A stretch of 64,000 nucleotides of DNA, taken from the IMG/VR virus record IMGVR_UViG_3300020576_007701, one strand, 5' to 3'. Below, one piece after another: positions 9,951 through 19,891 of this stretch. The translations under genes and the position numbers were made by a program. This DNA is from a virus. Taxonomy: Duplodnaviria > Caudoviricetes. The notes under the pieces are model-generated. The model made no database searches. It worked only from the letters and a program-made list of their open reading frames with translations, and was not told where the DNA came from. Every line of letters starts with the position of its first letter. Position 1 is the first letter of the stretch.

Positions 9951-10862
9951 TTATTCTTCGTCTTCGTTACTAAGGCCTGCAAATTTTCTCATTCTTTTTT
10001 GTTCAGCAAGAATTTTTGCTTGTCTTTCAGAATCTTTACCTTCTAAGAAAATATTTTTCTTGTCAGTTTTAGAACCTTCTGTAATTATTGCGCCTTTTTT
10101 CTTACCGCCTTCACTTACAACTGTATCTTTTTTCATGTCGCCATCTGGATCGCTAAGGTCAGCGTCTTGAGCAACACTCTCACCATCAATTCCTTCTTCT
10201 GAAGTTTTTTCCATTTCAGTTACAACTGCTTCTTGAGCAACTGTTTCTTTTTTAACCTCATCAAATTCTTCTTCTTTTTCAGTGTCTTCTGGACCAGCTT
10301 CTCCATTTTCAGCAGGATTTTCATCAGCAGCAGAATCAACTTCTACTTCTTCGAAATCATCAGCATCAGCATCAGGTTCTCCACCAACTTTTACATCAAC
10401 AGCGCCACCTTCAGAAGCTAATTTAGCATCTATAGATTTACCAAGTTCTGCAAATTTAGCTTCGAATTCTCCCATTGGAGCAGCTTCTGTAGCAGCCATA
10501 GCGCCCATTTCAGAACCCATTTTAGGACCACCCATTTCTGTTTCAGCAGGAGATTCAACGTCAACGTCAAGTCCCATATCTGCAGATCCAGAGTTGTCTA
10601 ATTCTTCTTCGTCTTCTTTTAAAGTCGTAGCGTTTAATTTTTCAAATTTAACTCCAGGTTGTTCACCAGGAACTAAACCAGTTGCAGAACTAGTCTTTTG
10701 CATACCGCTAGCTTCTACTTCACTTAATATTGAGTCTTCACCACTCATTTGTTGAAGTGCTTCATTGATTTCACTTAATCTTTTAGATAAAGTACGTTTC
10801 TTCCACATTTTTTGGAATTCTTCATTTATCATTTTGTCAACTTCGTTTTTTGATATTTTCAT
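9951..10862 (-). CDS. Highly acidic low-complexity protein, possible prohead core/scaffold
   Basis: E/D-rich 303 aa; MINEE, INEA, ITEG and RMRKFAGL motifs. Confidence 0.55.
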   Translation of the reverse strand: MKISKNEVDKMINEEFQKMWKKRTLSKRLSEINEALQQMSGEDSILSEVEASGMQKTSSATGLVPGEQPGVKFEKLNATTLKEDEEELDNSGSADMGLDVDVESPAETEMGGPKMGSEMGAMAATEAAPMGEFEAKFAELGKSIDAKLASEGGAVDVKVGGEPDADADDFEEVEVDSAADENPAENGEAGPEDTEKEEEFDEVKKETVAQEAVVTEMEKTSEEGIDGESVAQDADLSDPDGDMKKDTVVSEGGKKKGAIITEGSKTDKKNIFLEGKDSERQAKILAEQKRMRKFAGLSNEDEE

Positions 10863-10885
10863 AATTTTAAGTTATGGGGGTTTAA

Positions 10886-11242
10886 TTATTTATTTTTAAG
10901 TGCCTTATTTTCTTCTTTGAGTTTGGCAATTTCCTCTTTAAGTTTGTCAACTTCGTTTAAAACATCTTCTTGCAAATTAGTTTCTTCAGCCATTTCTTTA
11001 GCTAAATCAGTAATATGAGAAAGGTTGTTATCGTTTACAAATCCGTTTTTTGTTTGATTAGAAGCATCATTTGGAGTAGCAAAGCCGAAACTTGCAACCA
11101 TACCTCTGTTTTCATTTATAGAAGCTAATTCAGAATTAAGCTTTTTAGCCTCTTCGAAAATTTCTTTTTTTCTTTTAACTCTAAGAGCTTCTTCAATTAT
11201 AGCCTGTTTTAATGTTGCAGGTCCGATTTTTTTAGTTGACAT
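10886..11242 (-). CDS. Hypothetical coiled-coil protein
   Basis: 118 aa; TATTTAT upstream (11259-11265, minus). Confidence 0.65.
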   Translation of the reverse strand: MSTKKIGPATLKQAIIEEALRVKRKKEIFEEAKKLNSELASINENRGMVASFGFATPNDASNQTKNGFVNDNNLSHITDLAKEMAEETNLQEDVLNEVDKLKEEIAKLKEENKALKNK

Positions 11243-11352
11243 ATTGAATCTTTTTTTAATAAATACTCTAAAAAATTTGATTTTTCGCTTTTATTAAGAT
11301 ATTTTTTATCTCAATAAGCACATTAATAAATATATCAAAAAACATAAAAATC

Positions 11353-11661
11353 ATGGAAAACGTAATAGAAGGCACAAACGCCAATTTTCAAAGCTTAATT
11401 TCTGAGGAAAAAATAACAATAGTAGATTTCTGGGCACCTTGGTGTGGTCCTTGTAGAACACTTGGACCAATTTTAGATGAAATTGCAGAAGAAAACAAAG
11501 ATCTACAAGTTGTAAAAGTAGACGTGGATAGTAATTCAGAATTATCTACAGAATATAAAATAAGAAGCATACCAGCTGTTTATGTCTTTAAATCTGGAGA
11601 GTTAATAAATAAGTTTGTTGGCGTTAAGTCAAAAGAAGAAATTTTAAAATTAATTGCATGA
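11353..11661 (+). CDS. trxA: Thioredoxin
   Basis: VDFWAPWCGPC active site, IRSIP cis-Pro loop. Confidence 0.95.
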   Translation: MENVIEGTNANFQSLISEEKITIVDFWAPWCGPCRTLGPILDEIAEENKDLQVVKVDVDSNSELSTEYKIRSIPAVYVFKSGELINKFVGVKSKEEILKLIA

Positions 11662-12296
11662 TAAATGCAGTTGTCTTTGGAGATGGTCGGCATGGCCTTT
11701 TTTCAGAAAGTTTAGAAAAAAATGCAAATGGCGCTTTTAAATGTGTTGAAGTAAAAGATTCATCTACATTCAAGGAAGATGTGTTAAAAGCTTTATCTAG
11801 TGAACTTGAATATACTGCTCTTTTTACAAAAGACAACATTTTGTTTAATCAAATTAATGAGGAAGATATTACAAACACATTGTCTGATGAAGATATTATT
11901 TGTTTTTCATTAAGACTTGGAGAAAATATTACATATTGTAGCACTCTTGAAATGGTGAACAATTTACACGGGCAAGAACATTTTGACAGCATTATGAAGT
12001 GGGACTGGTCTAAACATTATTTAGATTTTGGCTTTCCATTATCTATAAATGGCCATATATTTAGAACTAAAGAATTAACGAAATTAATAAAAAAAGTAAA
12101 TTTTACAAATGCTTTAAGCTTAGAAGAAGGTCTTCAAATGTTTGAATTTCTACCAAGAGAAAAAATGGCTTCTTATATAACAAGCGTTTTAATAAGCGCC
12201 AATGTTTCAACACCAGAGTCGCCGATATTAGAAGAACTAGATTTTTCAAACATAAAAAGCGTAGAACAAATCATAAAAAATAAAAATAATGTATAA
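11658..12296 (+). CDS. Glycosyltransferase-like protein
   Basis: CFSLRLGENI and DFGFPLSINGHIFRT resemble GT-A-associated phage proteins; first gene of the sugar cluster. Confidence 0.4.
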   Translation: MINAVVFGDGRHGLFSESLEKNANGAFKCVEVKDSSTFKEDVLKALSSELEYTALFTKDNILFNQINEEDITNTLSDEDIICFSLRLGENITYCSTLEMVNNLHGQEHFDSIMKWDWSKHYLDFGFPLSINGHIFRTKELTKLIKKVNFTNALSLEEGLQMFEFLPREKMASYITSVLISANVSTPESPILEELDFSNIKSVEQIIKNKNNV

Positions 12297-12870
12297 TTTA
12301 GAAAAAATGTCAAAAAGAGTTCGCCACCTACTTGGTGAGCCAACATATTGTGTAGAACTAACAGATGAATCTATGGAATCATTAATCCAACTTGCAATAA
12401 ACAAATGGAAAATGTTTTCTTCTTTGCACAAAATTAGTACTAAACAAGTAAAGGAAATAGAATATTTTTGGGTAGAATCATATTTTCAAGCTTTATGTAA
12501 AGAATCTCTTGGTATGATACGTGGAAAATTTGACGGCATACAAATACCTGGATCGGTTTTAAAACTTAATTATAAAGATCTTATTTCTAGTTCAGAAATT
12601 GAAAAGAAAAATTTAGAAGAAATGCTCAACACAAACATTGAAAAAACAATTTTAGCCCTATATGTTAATGTTGAAAATTTGAAATACGACGAAATAAACG
12701 AATATATGTCTAAAATTATCAAATCAATTAAAGACCCAAAATTAAAATGTTTCGCTATTGCCACAAAAGGGGAGCCTTCAAGAATAGAATGTTTGTTTCC
12801 AAATTTCACTCCAAGCAAAGAAGTTCAAGAGGCATTAAATAATAAATTGTTATCAATTTTAAAACCATAA
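12289..12870 (+). CDS. Shortened T4 gp13-like neck protein paralog with extra C-terminal domain
   Basis: LLGEPTYCVELTDE and WVESYFQALCKESLGMIRGKF.GIQIPG resemble the N- and C-terminal helical parts of gp13. Confidence 0.55.
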   Translation: MYNLEKMSKRVRHLLGEPTYCVELTDESMESLIQLAINKWKMFSSLHKISTKQVKEIEYFWVESYFQALCKESLGMIRGKFDGIQIPGSVLKLNYKDLISSSEIEKKNLEEMLNTNIEKTILALYVNVENLKYDEINEYMSKIIKSIKDPKLKCFAIATKGEPSRIECLFPNFTPSKEVQEALNNKLLSILKP

Positions 12871-12871
12871 T

Positions 12872-13615
12872 ATGAAAAACAAAATTAAAGTAATTACTCC
12901 TTTTTATAATCCAGGAGAATTTTTAGAAAAGTGCGTAGCATCTTTAACAACTCAAAGATATGATAACTTTGAAATTATATTCATAGACGATTGTTCTACA
13001 GATGGCGCTTTTGATAGACTTCCAAAAGAAGATTCACGTGTAACAATTATTAGAAACACAGAAAGAAAAACCGCTTTAGAAAATATACACATGGCCATTA
13101 TGGAACATTGTGAGCCAGATGATATTGTTGCAATAGTAGATGGTGACGATTGGTTGCCCACCAGAAATGTTTTAAGTTTTATAAACGACTACTACAATCA
13201 GCATGATTGCTGGATTACATATGGCCAAGCCTCTTGGACAGACGGAAGAAGAGGTTTCGCTTCTGCTTATACGCCAGAAGAATTTAAAAATGTAAGAAAA
13301 GCACCATATAAAGTATCTCATCTTAGAACTTGGAGAGCTGGCGTTTTCCAAAAGGTCCAAGAACAAGATCCAAACTTTGATAAAATGAGAGATAAAGATG
13401 GAAAGTTTTATTTAATGTCCTATGACACAGCCATCATGTTCTGTATAATGGAAATAGCTGGCTATGAAAAAACAAAGTTTATTGATGAAATTTTATATGT
13501 TTACAACAGAAGCAATCCACTTTCTGAAGATAAAGTTGATCAGGCTTGGCAATGGGCAGTACATCAAGAGGTGAGTAATAAAATGCCTTTAAAACAAATA
13601 GAAACTTACAAATAA
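12872..13615 (+). CDS. Glycosyltransferase family 2
   Basis: VITPFYN, IDDCSTD, VDGDDW. Confidence 0.9.
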   Translation: MKNKIKVITPFYNPGEFLEKCVASLTTQRYDNFEIIFIDDCSTDGAFDRLPKEDSRVTIIRNTERKTALENIHMAIMEHCEPDDIVAIVDGDDWLPTRNVLSFINDYYNQHDCWITYGQASWTDGRRGFASAYTPEEFKNVRKAPYKVSHLRTWRAGVFQKVQEQDPNFDKMRDKDGKFYLMSYDTAIMFCIMEIAGYEKTKFIDEILYVYNRSNPLSEDKVDQAWQWAVHQEVSNKMPLKQIETYK

Positions 13616-13619
13616 TTTA

Positions 13620-13651
13620 TTTGTTTTTTAAAGTCCAAATTACTATATTTT
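13620..13651 (+). promoter_or_regulatory. Bacteroidota-type promoter
   Basis: TTTG-N20-TATATTTT upstream of ATG 13668. Confidence 0.5.
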
Positions 13652-13667
13652 ATTAAAATAATTACAA

Positions 13668-16277
13668 ATGAAAGAAAAAAAAGAGAAAATAGTAATAACT
13701 GGTGGTTTGGGTTATATAGGTACAGAACTTTGTAAAATATATTCTGGGCACGCTAGATATAAAGAAATAGTAGTTATTGATTCTATTTTTAAATCAGAAA
13801 GAGTTTCGCAATTAACAGATTGGGGTATTAAATTTATACAAGCTTCTATTTTAGATGAATCAGTATTAGAAGAGCAACTTAAGGATGCAAATACTATTAT
13901 TCACTTAGCTGGAATTACCGATGTAGCTTATACAAAAACCGAATCAAACGATGCCAAAGATAAGGAAATTAAAAACATTGGAATTGTTGGTACGCAAAAT
14001 GTAATAAAATATGCAAACAAAGAAGCTAAAATTATATTTCCATCCACGCACGTTGTTTATGAGGGGTTCTCTGAAACAAAAAGAGATATTTTAGAAAATG
14101 AAACTCCAAACCCAGTATTAACATACTCTTTAGGTAAAGTACAATCAGAAAATGATTTAAAAAACTCAGGTTTAAACTATGTAATCCTTAGATTAGCCTC
14201 TGTATACGGCTTCTCAACAGATAGTACCAGAATAAATATAATGCCAAACTTGTTTTCAAAAATAGCTTCACAAAATGGAACTATAAAACTTTTTTCAGCA
14301 GGCGTTCAATTAAAGAGCTTGGTTCCATTGTTTGACGTTGTTAGATGCATGCAATTCATGGAAGAAAATAAAAACATAAACAAAGAAATCTTTCATTTGT
14401 CAAAAGAGAATATGACAGTTAAAGAAGTGGCATTGCTTTGCAAAGAAATAAATTCTAAATTAAATATCGTAGAAACAAACGACGAAATTCCAAATCTAGG
14501 TTACACAATCTCAAATCAAAAATTGTTATCAACTGGTTTTAAATTTAGATATAGTATTAAAGAATGTTTAGAAGAAATGATTTCAAAATGGTCCGAAAAA
14601 ATAAAAACTAAAGATCTAGAACATGTTTCAAAAGGCGGAGATGACTATATTGATGAAAGAGGCAGAATATCAAATTATGAATTAACTGAACCAATAAATT
14701 TAATTGGTTATATTGAGTCTAAAGCTGGGACAGTAAGAGCAAATCACTATCACCCAATTCAAGAGCAAAAATGTCTTTTAATAAAAGGACAATTTATAAG
14801 TGTTATTAAAGATCTTTCAAATCCAGATGCTTTAACTGATACAAAAATTATCAATGAAGGAGACATGTCTGTGATAAAACCAAACGTAGCACACACAATG
14901 GTTTTCACAAAAGATTCAATATTTTTAAATTTGGTTAGAGGAGAAAGAGAACACAAAAATTATGGAATTACACATACAATTCCACATGTATTGGTAGATG
15001 AACCAACCAGGGTAAGGCTTCTTGAAAGTTATAAAACTTTTTGTAGAAGTTGTTATGGAGAAAGACTAAAAAGGGTTATTTCTCTTGGAAATTCGCCGCT
15101 TGCTAATAATTTAAAAAACAGCGCAGATGAAGAAAGTGAAACTTATCCTCTAGAAGTAAACTATTGTGAGGATTGTCATAATTGTCAACTAACATGTGTT
15201 GTACCACCTAGAAAAATGTTTGATAATTATCTTTACGTATCTTCAACCGCTGCTTCTTTTAGAAAGCATTTTGAAGATGCGGCAGATACTTATGTAAAAG
15301 AATTTAATTTAAATTCAAGCTCGCTGGTTGTTGATATTGGAAGCAACGATGGAATAGCTCTTAAACCATTAAAGGAAAAAGGAGTCAATGTTGTAGGTGT
15401 GGAACCAGCTAAAAATATAGCAAAATTAGCAAATGAAAATGGGATAGAAACAATCAATGACTATTTTGATAATAATTCAGTTGAAGAAATTTTAAGCAGA
15501 CACGGCAATGCTGATTTAGTAACTGCTTCAAATGTTTTTGCCCATTCTGACGAACTCGTTAATATCACGAAAGATTCTTTTAAACTATTAAAAGAAAACG
15601 GATCTTTTATAGTTGAGGTGCAGTATCTTTTTGACACCATGAATGATTTAACATTTGATAATATTTACCATGAACATGTAAATTATTGGAGTGTTACATC
15701 AATAAACAACTTCTTTAAAAGCTTAGGTTTTTTTGTATATAATGTTGAACACATAAATACACATGGTGGTTCTATAAGGGTTTTTGTTGGAAGAATTGGC
15801 CAAGTATCTTTAAATGAAAATGTAGAAACATTTTTAGAGAAAGAAAAAGCATTTGGTTTATTAAATTTCGATAGATATGAAAAATTTTCACAAGATGTGG
15901 AAGAGCTTAAAAATAATGTTGTATTTAACATGAATAATTTAAGAGATAAATACAAAGTAATTGCTGGGTATGGATCTCCAGCTAAGGCAACAACTTCTCT
16001 TAATTACTTTGGAATAGATCACAAATATATAGATTACATCATAGAGGATAATAAAATGAAAAATGGTAAGTTTATACCAGGTGTAAACATACCGATAAAA
16101 GATAAAGAATATTGTAATCAAAACTTACCAAATATCATTATTGTAATGGCATGGAATTTCTTTGAGGAAATAAAAAAATCAAACCAAGACTTAATTGACA
16201 AGGGTGTAATTTTTATAAACATTAAAGAGTTACAAAACAAAGATTTTATAATAAAAGATAAAGCCATTATAGCTTAA
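13668..16277 (+). CDS. Trifunctional fusion: NAD-dependent epimerase/reductase + cupin + SAM-dependent sugar C-methyltransferase
   Basis: TGGLGYIG and YSLGK (SDR); DERG..RANHYHP (cupin); CRSC/CEDC Zn site, DIGSNDG, IYHEHVNY, HGGSIR, GYGSPAK (C-methyltransferase). Confidence 0.85.
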   Translation: MKEKKEKIVITGGLGYIGTELCKIYSGHARYKEIVVIDSIFKSERVSQLTDWGIKFIQASILDESVLEEQLKDANTIIHLAGITDVAYTKTESNDAKDKEIKNIGIVGTQNVIKYANKEAKIIFPSTHVVYEGFSETKRDILENETPNPVLTYSLGKVQSENDLKNSGLNYVILRLASVYGFSTDSTRINIMPNLFSKIASQNGTIKLFSAGVQLKSLVPLFDVVRCMQFMEENKNINKEIFHLSKENMTVKEVALLCKEINSKLNIVETNDEIPNLGYTISNQKLLSTGFKFRYSIKECLEEMISKWSEKIKTKDLEHVSKGGDDYIDERGRISNYELTEPINLIGYIESKAGTVRANHYHPIQEQKCLLIKGQFISVIKDLSNPDALTDTKIINEGDMSVIKPNVAHTMVFTKDSIFLNLVRGEREHKNYGITHTIPHVLVDEPTRVRLLESYKTFCRSCYGERLKRVISLGNSPLANNLKNSADEESETYPLEVNYCEDCHNCQLTCVVPPRKMFDNYLYVSSTAASFRKHFEDAADTYVKEFNLNSSSLVVDIGSNDGIALKPLKEKGVNVVGVEPAKNIAKLANENGIETINDYFDNNSVEEILSRHGNADLVTASNVFAHSDELVNITKDSFKLLKENGSFIVEVQYLFDTMNDLTFDNIYHEHVNYWSVTSINNFFKSLGFFVYNVEHINTHGGSIRVFVGRIGQVSLNENVETFLEKEKAFGLLNFDRYEKFSQDVEELKNNVVFNMNNLRDKYKVIAGYGSPAKATTSLNYFGIDHKYIDYIIEDNKMKNGKFIPGVNIPIKDKEYCNQNLPNIIIVMAWNFFEEIKKSNQDLIDKGVIFINIKELQNKDFIIKDKAIIA

Positions 16278-16278
16278 T

Positions 16279-17052
16279 ATGAAAAAAGAAATAAACCACA
16301 TATCAGTAATAATACCATCTTATAATGTAGAGGCTTATACTGACGCAGCTTTAACTAGTATTATTAACCAAGATTATCCAGATTTTGAAATAGTTTTTAT
16401 TGACGACAACTCAACGGATAGGACATTTGAAATTGCTCAAGAATATGCCGCCAAATTTCCAAATATGAAATGCATTAGAAATGACAAGAGAAAATTTCCT
16501 CTTGAAAATTTTAAAATAGGTGTTGAAAATTCTCAACCTGGCTCTATATGTGTTTTGTGTGATGGCGATGATTATTATAAACACGAAAATGTTTTACATA
16601 GAATAAACAAAGAATATTCTAAGTATGATTGTTGGGTAACTTTTGGTACATATGAACATGTAAACCCTTATTCGGACGTTTCTGCTCACTATCACCCATA
16701 TCCTGATGAAGTCATAGCAAACAATTCTTTTAGGAGCCACAAATGGCTCGCTAGCCATATTAGAACATGTAGAAAAGAATTATTCGAAATGATAAAAAAT
16801 GAAGACTTAATAGATCCAGCCACAAACAACTATTTTGCTTTTAATAGTGATTTAGCAACTATGTGGCCAATGATGGAAATGGCTTCTGGTTTACCAAATA
16901 AAATTAGGTATATACCAGATGTTATGTATTGTTATAATGTTGGAAATCCAATAAGCGAAAATAAAGTTAATCAAAAAGAAATTGATAGAATCGAAGCTTT
17001 AATAAGAAGTTCAAAGCCATACAATCCAATTTTAGAATTATCTAATGCTTAA
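16279..17052 (+). CDS. Glycosyltransferase family 2, paralog of 12872..13615
   Basis: VIIPSYN, IDDNSTD, CDGDDY, SHIRT. Confidence 0.9.
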   Translation: MKKEINHISVIIPSYNVEAYTDAALTSIINQDYPDFEIVFIDDNSTDRTFEIAQEYAAKFPNMKCIRNDKRKFPLENFKIGVENSQPGSICVLCDGDDYYKHENVLHRINKEYSKYDCWVTFGTYEHVNPYSDVSAHYHPYPDEVIANNSFRSHKWLASHIRTCRKELFEMIKNEDLIDPATNNYFAFNSDLATMWPMMEMASGLPNKIRYIPDVMYCYNVGNPISENKVNQKEIDRIEALIRSSKPYNPILELSNA

Positions 17053-17947
17053 AAATATGAGTCAAATAATTGATGTTTTAAATAATAATATTTTTAGTTA
17101 TAAGGAAATTTTTGAAAATTCTGAAATCAAACTTTTAAATAACGATGAATTTGATATTAACTTCATCATTGGATTTAGAGGTAGAAAAGAGTTTTTAATT
17201 CCAATGATAAATGCATTTAATAAAGCTGCGGATTTTTATAAAAATAAATTTCCAAATGAAAATAAAAAGTTTTGCTTAACACTTGTTGAACATAGTTTAA
17301 CGCCAGAAAATAAAGAAATTATAGGAGATAAAGCGAACTATATTTGGACACCAGGTAATAAATCTGAACAGTATAGTAGAAGTTTTTCTTATAACTTTGG
17401 CGTAAAATACTCTAATAAAGCAAAGTATTACATTTTACACGATTTAGATATTCTTATTAAGGAAAATTTTTTTGAGGAAATTTATTTAAATTTAAAATCC
17501 GAGTGTCTTCAAACATATGGCAAAAGAAGAGTTTTATATATGTCTCAAGAGTTGACAAATTCTGTTTTATCTGGCGATGTTGATTTTAACACTTTTGACG
17601 AAAATTATCCTAATATAAATCCACCACAAATACTTGGATCAAAAGGTGGTTCAATTTTGGTTGGACACGATTTGTATTATGAGGTTGGAGGTTTTGATCC
17701 AGAAATATTTTGGGGATATGCGCCAGAAGATCAACTTTTTTGGGATAAAGTACAGACAATTTTAGGTGAAATAGATTATGCTGACAATCCGCCAATTGAT
17801 ATTTTTCATATGTGGCACCCGCCTACACTACATCATTCAAACGCTGATTATTTTCCAATGGAAAAATGCTTTTATGAATTTAGGGCAATGAATAAAAAAG
17901 CCAGAATGAATTTTATAAATTTAAAAAAAGAACTCTTCAAAGATTGA
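17045..17947 (+). CDS. Glycosyltransferase, GT-A (GT2/GT7-C-like)
   Basis: LHDLD DxD motif, VGGFDPEIFWGYAPED, HMWH. Confidence 0.8.
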   Translation: MLKNMSQIIDVLNNNIFSYKEIFENSEIKLLNNDEFDINFIIGFRGRKEFLIPMINAFNKAADFYKNKFPNENKKFCLTLVEHSLTPENKEIIGDKANYIWTPGNKSEQYSRSFSYNFGVKYSNKAKYYILHDLDILIKENFFEEIYLNLKSECLQTYGKRRVLYMSQELTNSVLSGDVDFNTFDENYPNINPPQILGSKGGSILVGHDLYYEVGGFDPEIFWGYAPEDQLFWDKVQTILGEIDYADNPPIDIFHMWHPPTLHHSNADYFPMEKCFYEFRAMNKKARMNFINLKKELFKD

Positions 17948-17949
17948 TT

Positions 17950-18216
17950 ATGAGAACACTTAGAAAATATGTAGATATAGATATTAGAGAAACTGTAAAT
18001 GTTGGAATAGAACTTGATTTCAATGAATTAGTTCAAATAATACAACAATGCACTGATAAAGAAAAAGATGAAATTTTACTTGAATTAAAGGGCGGCGGAG
18101 TAATACCAGAAATTCATGGTAGAACAAGGGTTACTTTATTAGATCAAATGAAAATAGATTTTTTCAGAGAAAATTTTAATAAAATTTCAATCGACCAACT
18201 TCAAACACTTGTGTAA
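17950..18216 (+). CDS. Hypothetical protein
   Basis: ORF filling the operon gap; ATG 17950. Confidence 0.55.
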   Translation: MRTLRKYVDIDIRETVNVGIELDFNELVQIIQQCTDKEKDEILLELKGGGVIPEIHGRTRVTLLDQMKIDFFRENFNKISIDQLQTLV

Positions 18217-19103
18217 TGAAAACTAAGACATTTATATTTACAGAAGCTTATAATTGCGGACTTATTTTAAAAAAATGTTTAGAAAGTTTTTTTAAATATC
18301 ATCCAGGTATTACTGTAAACGTATTTGGAACCGCAAAAGATTTTAAAGAACTTGGAAAATTTGACGATGTTGAGTATATTGAATTAAGCGCAGATGAAGA
18401 TTTAAAAGAGTGTTTTAAGCATGGTCATTTAGGCACTGCTCACATAGGTGCAAGAGTAATTAAAGAATTTTCTAAAGATTGCAATTATATAATTCACTTT
18501 GATAGCGATATAATATTTAGAAAAGAATCTCTGTCTTTGTTAAATGAAAAAATTGAAGAGGGTTATGACCTAATTGGTTCTAGGCGTTGTTACAAAAACA
18601 ATATGAACAACCTTGTTTTAGAAGGACTTGAAGATGTTGTGCAAACTTATTTTTTTGCTTTTAATAAAAATAAAATTTATGATTATGATTTCAACACTTT
18701 AAGAAATATGATTGTTGGGTTTTTCAATCCATTGGGGCACGAAATACTTGACTATTTTGATCCTGTTTCATTTGATATTTTGAAAAATAATGGGAAAATT
18801 TATTTCCTTGACACAAATTTAGTTGGCGGTTTATCCGCTGAGGGTAACAGAAAAAACATACACGAAGAATTAAATAGTGATTTTGATTTTGGTACAAATT
18901 TGGTACATTTTGGTGGCATAGGTTCTGGTATGAAATTTTATAAGTTTGGAAATGACAGCGTTCCAGAATCTTATTCCAAGTGGGCCATAAACAGATACGG
19001 CATATATAGTAAAGTAATTTTGGGCTCTGAAAAACAAGACATAGAAATAGATGAAGTAAAAACAGAATTGTTAATCAAAGCATTTAATGAAACAAATAAT
19101 TAA
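18216..19103 (+). CDS. Putative glycosyltransferase, GT-A
   Basis: IIHFDSDIIF DxD motif, LVHFGG. Confidence 0.65.
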   Translation: MKTKTFIFTEAYNCGLILKKCLESFFKYHPGITVNVFGTAKDFKELGKFDDVEYIELSADEDLKECFKHGHLGTAHIGARVIKEFSKDCNYIIHFDSDIIFRKESLSLLNEKIEEGYDLIGSRRCYKNNMNNLVLEGLEDVVQTYFFAFNKNKIYDYDFNTLRNMIVGFFNPLGHEILDYFDPVSFDILKNNGKIYFLDTNLVGGLSAEGNRKNIHEELNSDFDFGTNLVHFGGIGSGMKFYKFGNDSVPESYSKWAINRYGIYSKVILGSEKQDIEIDEVKTELLIKAFNETNN

Positions 19104-19890
19104 TAGCTACACATACCCAGATTGGCCAAATATAGAAATTGAATTTGAAAAGTCAATAGAGTTATTTATAGATGGATTTGATGGGTACAATCCAAACAGT
19201 AATTCATATAAAATTTTACTTGTAAAAGAAGTAGAGGCTATAAGCGGCTTTAAAAGTACAGCAATTGAACATGCTTCAAAATTTGATTTAGTTTTAACTT
19301 ATGACGAGGAAATTATACAAAAATGTGACAATGCTCGTTTTTTTCCTTTCGGAACAACATGGATAAAAAATTACGATTTTTTAAAAGAAAAAAAGTTTCA
19401 AATTTCCCACTTGACTGGCCACAAACAAATTACAAATTGGCATATATTAAGACAAAAAATCCACTATAAACAAGAACTAATTGTCACACCAAGAGATTTT
19501 TATATAAGCCAATATGGCGGAGTTGAAAATGCATTTAACAATAAAATTTTAGGAGAATTTAAAGAGCCTCTTTTCGAATCACAATTCCATATTTGTATAG
19601 AAAATTCTGATCAAAAAAATTTATTTACAGAAAAAACAATAGATTGTCTTATCACAAAAACAGTTCCTATTTTTTGTGGATGTGATAATATAGGTGATTT
19701 TTTTAATGAAAAAGGTTTCATAATTGCAAAGAATGTAAATGACATTATAAAAGAGTGTAATAATTTAACGCCAAACACATATGAAACAATGATGGAGGCT
19801 ATAGATGAAAATTACAATATATGCTTGAAATATGCAGATTCAGTAGGTAATCTTAAAAATACTTTATTAGATATTTTTAAAAATAAATAA
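19087..19890 (+). CDS. GT10-like fucosyltransferase-family protein
   Basis: FHICIENS...FTEKTIDCLITKTVPIFCG, the alpha-1,3-fucosyltransferase-type motif. Confidence 0.75.
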   Translation: MKQIINSYTYPDWPNIEIEFEKSIELFIDGFDGYNPNSNSYKILLVKEVEAISGFKSTAIEHASKFDLVLTYDEEIIQKCDNARFFPFGTTWIKNYDFLKEKKFQISHLTGHKQITNWHILRQKIHYKQELIVTPRDFYISQYGGVENAFNNKILGEFKEPLFESQFHICIENSDQKNLFTEKTIDCLITKTVPIFCGCDNIGDFFNEKGFIIAKNVNDIIKECNNLTPNTYETMMEAIDENYNICLKYADSVGNLKNTLLDIFKNK

Positions 19891-19891
19891 T

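Noticed and set aside
10282-10755. 157-aa Ser-rich + strand ORF
   Set aside because: Antisense shadow of the acidic gene 9951..10862
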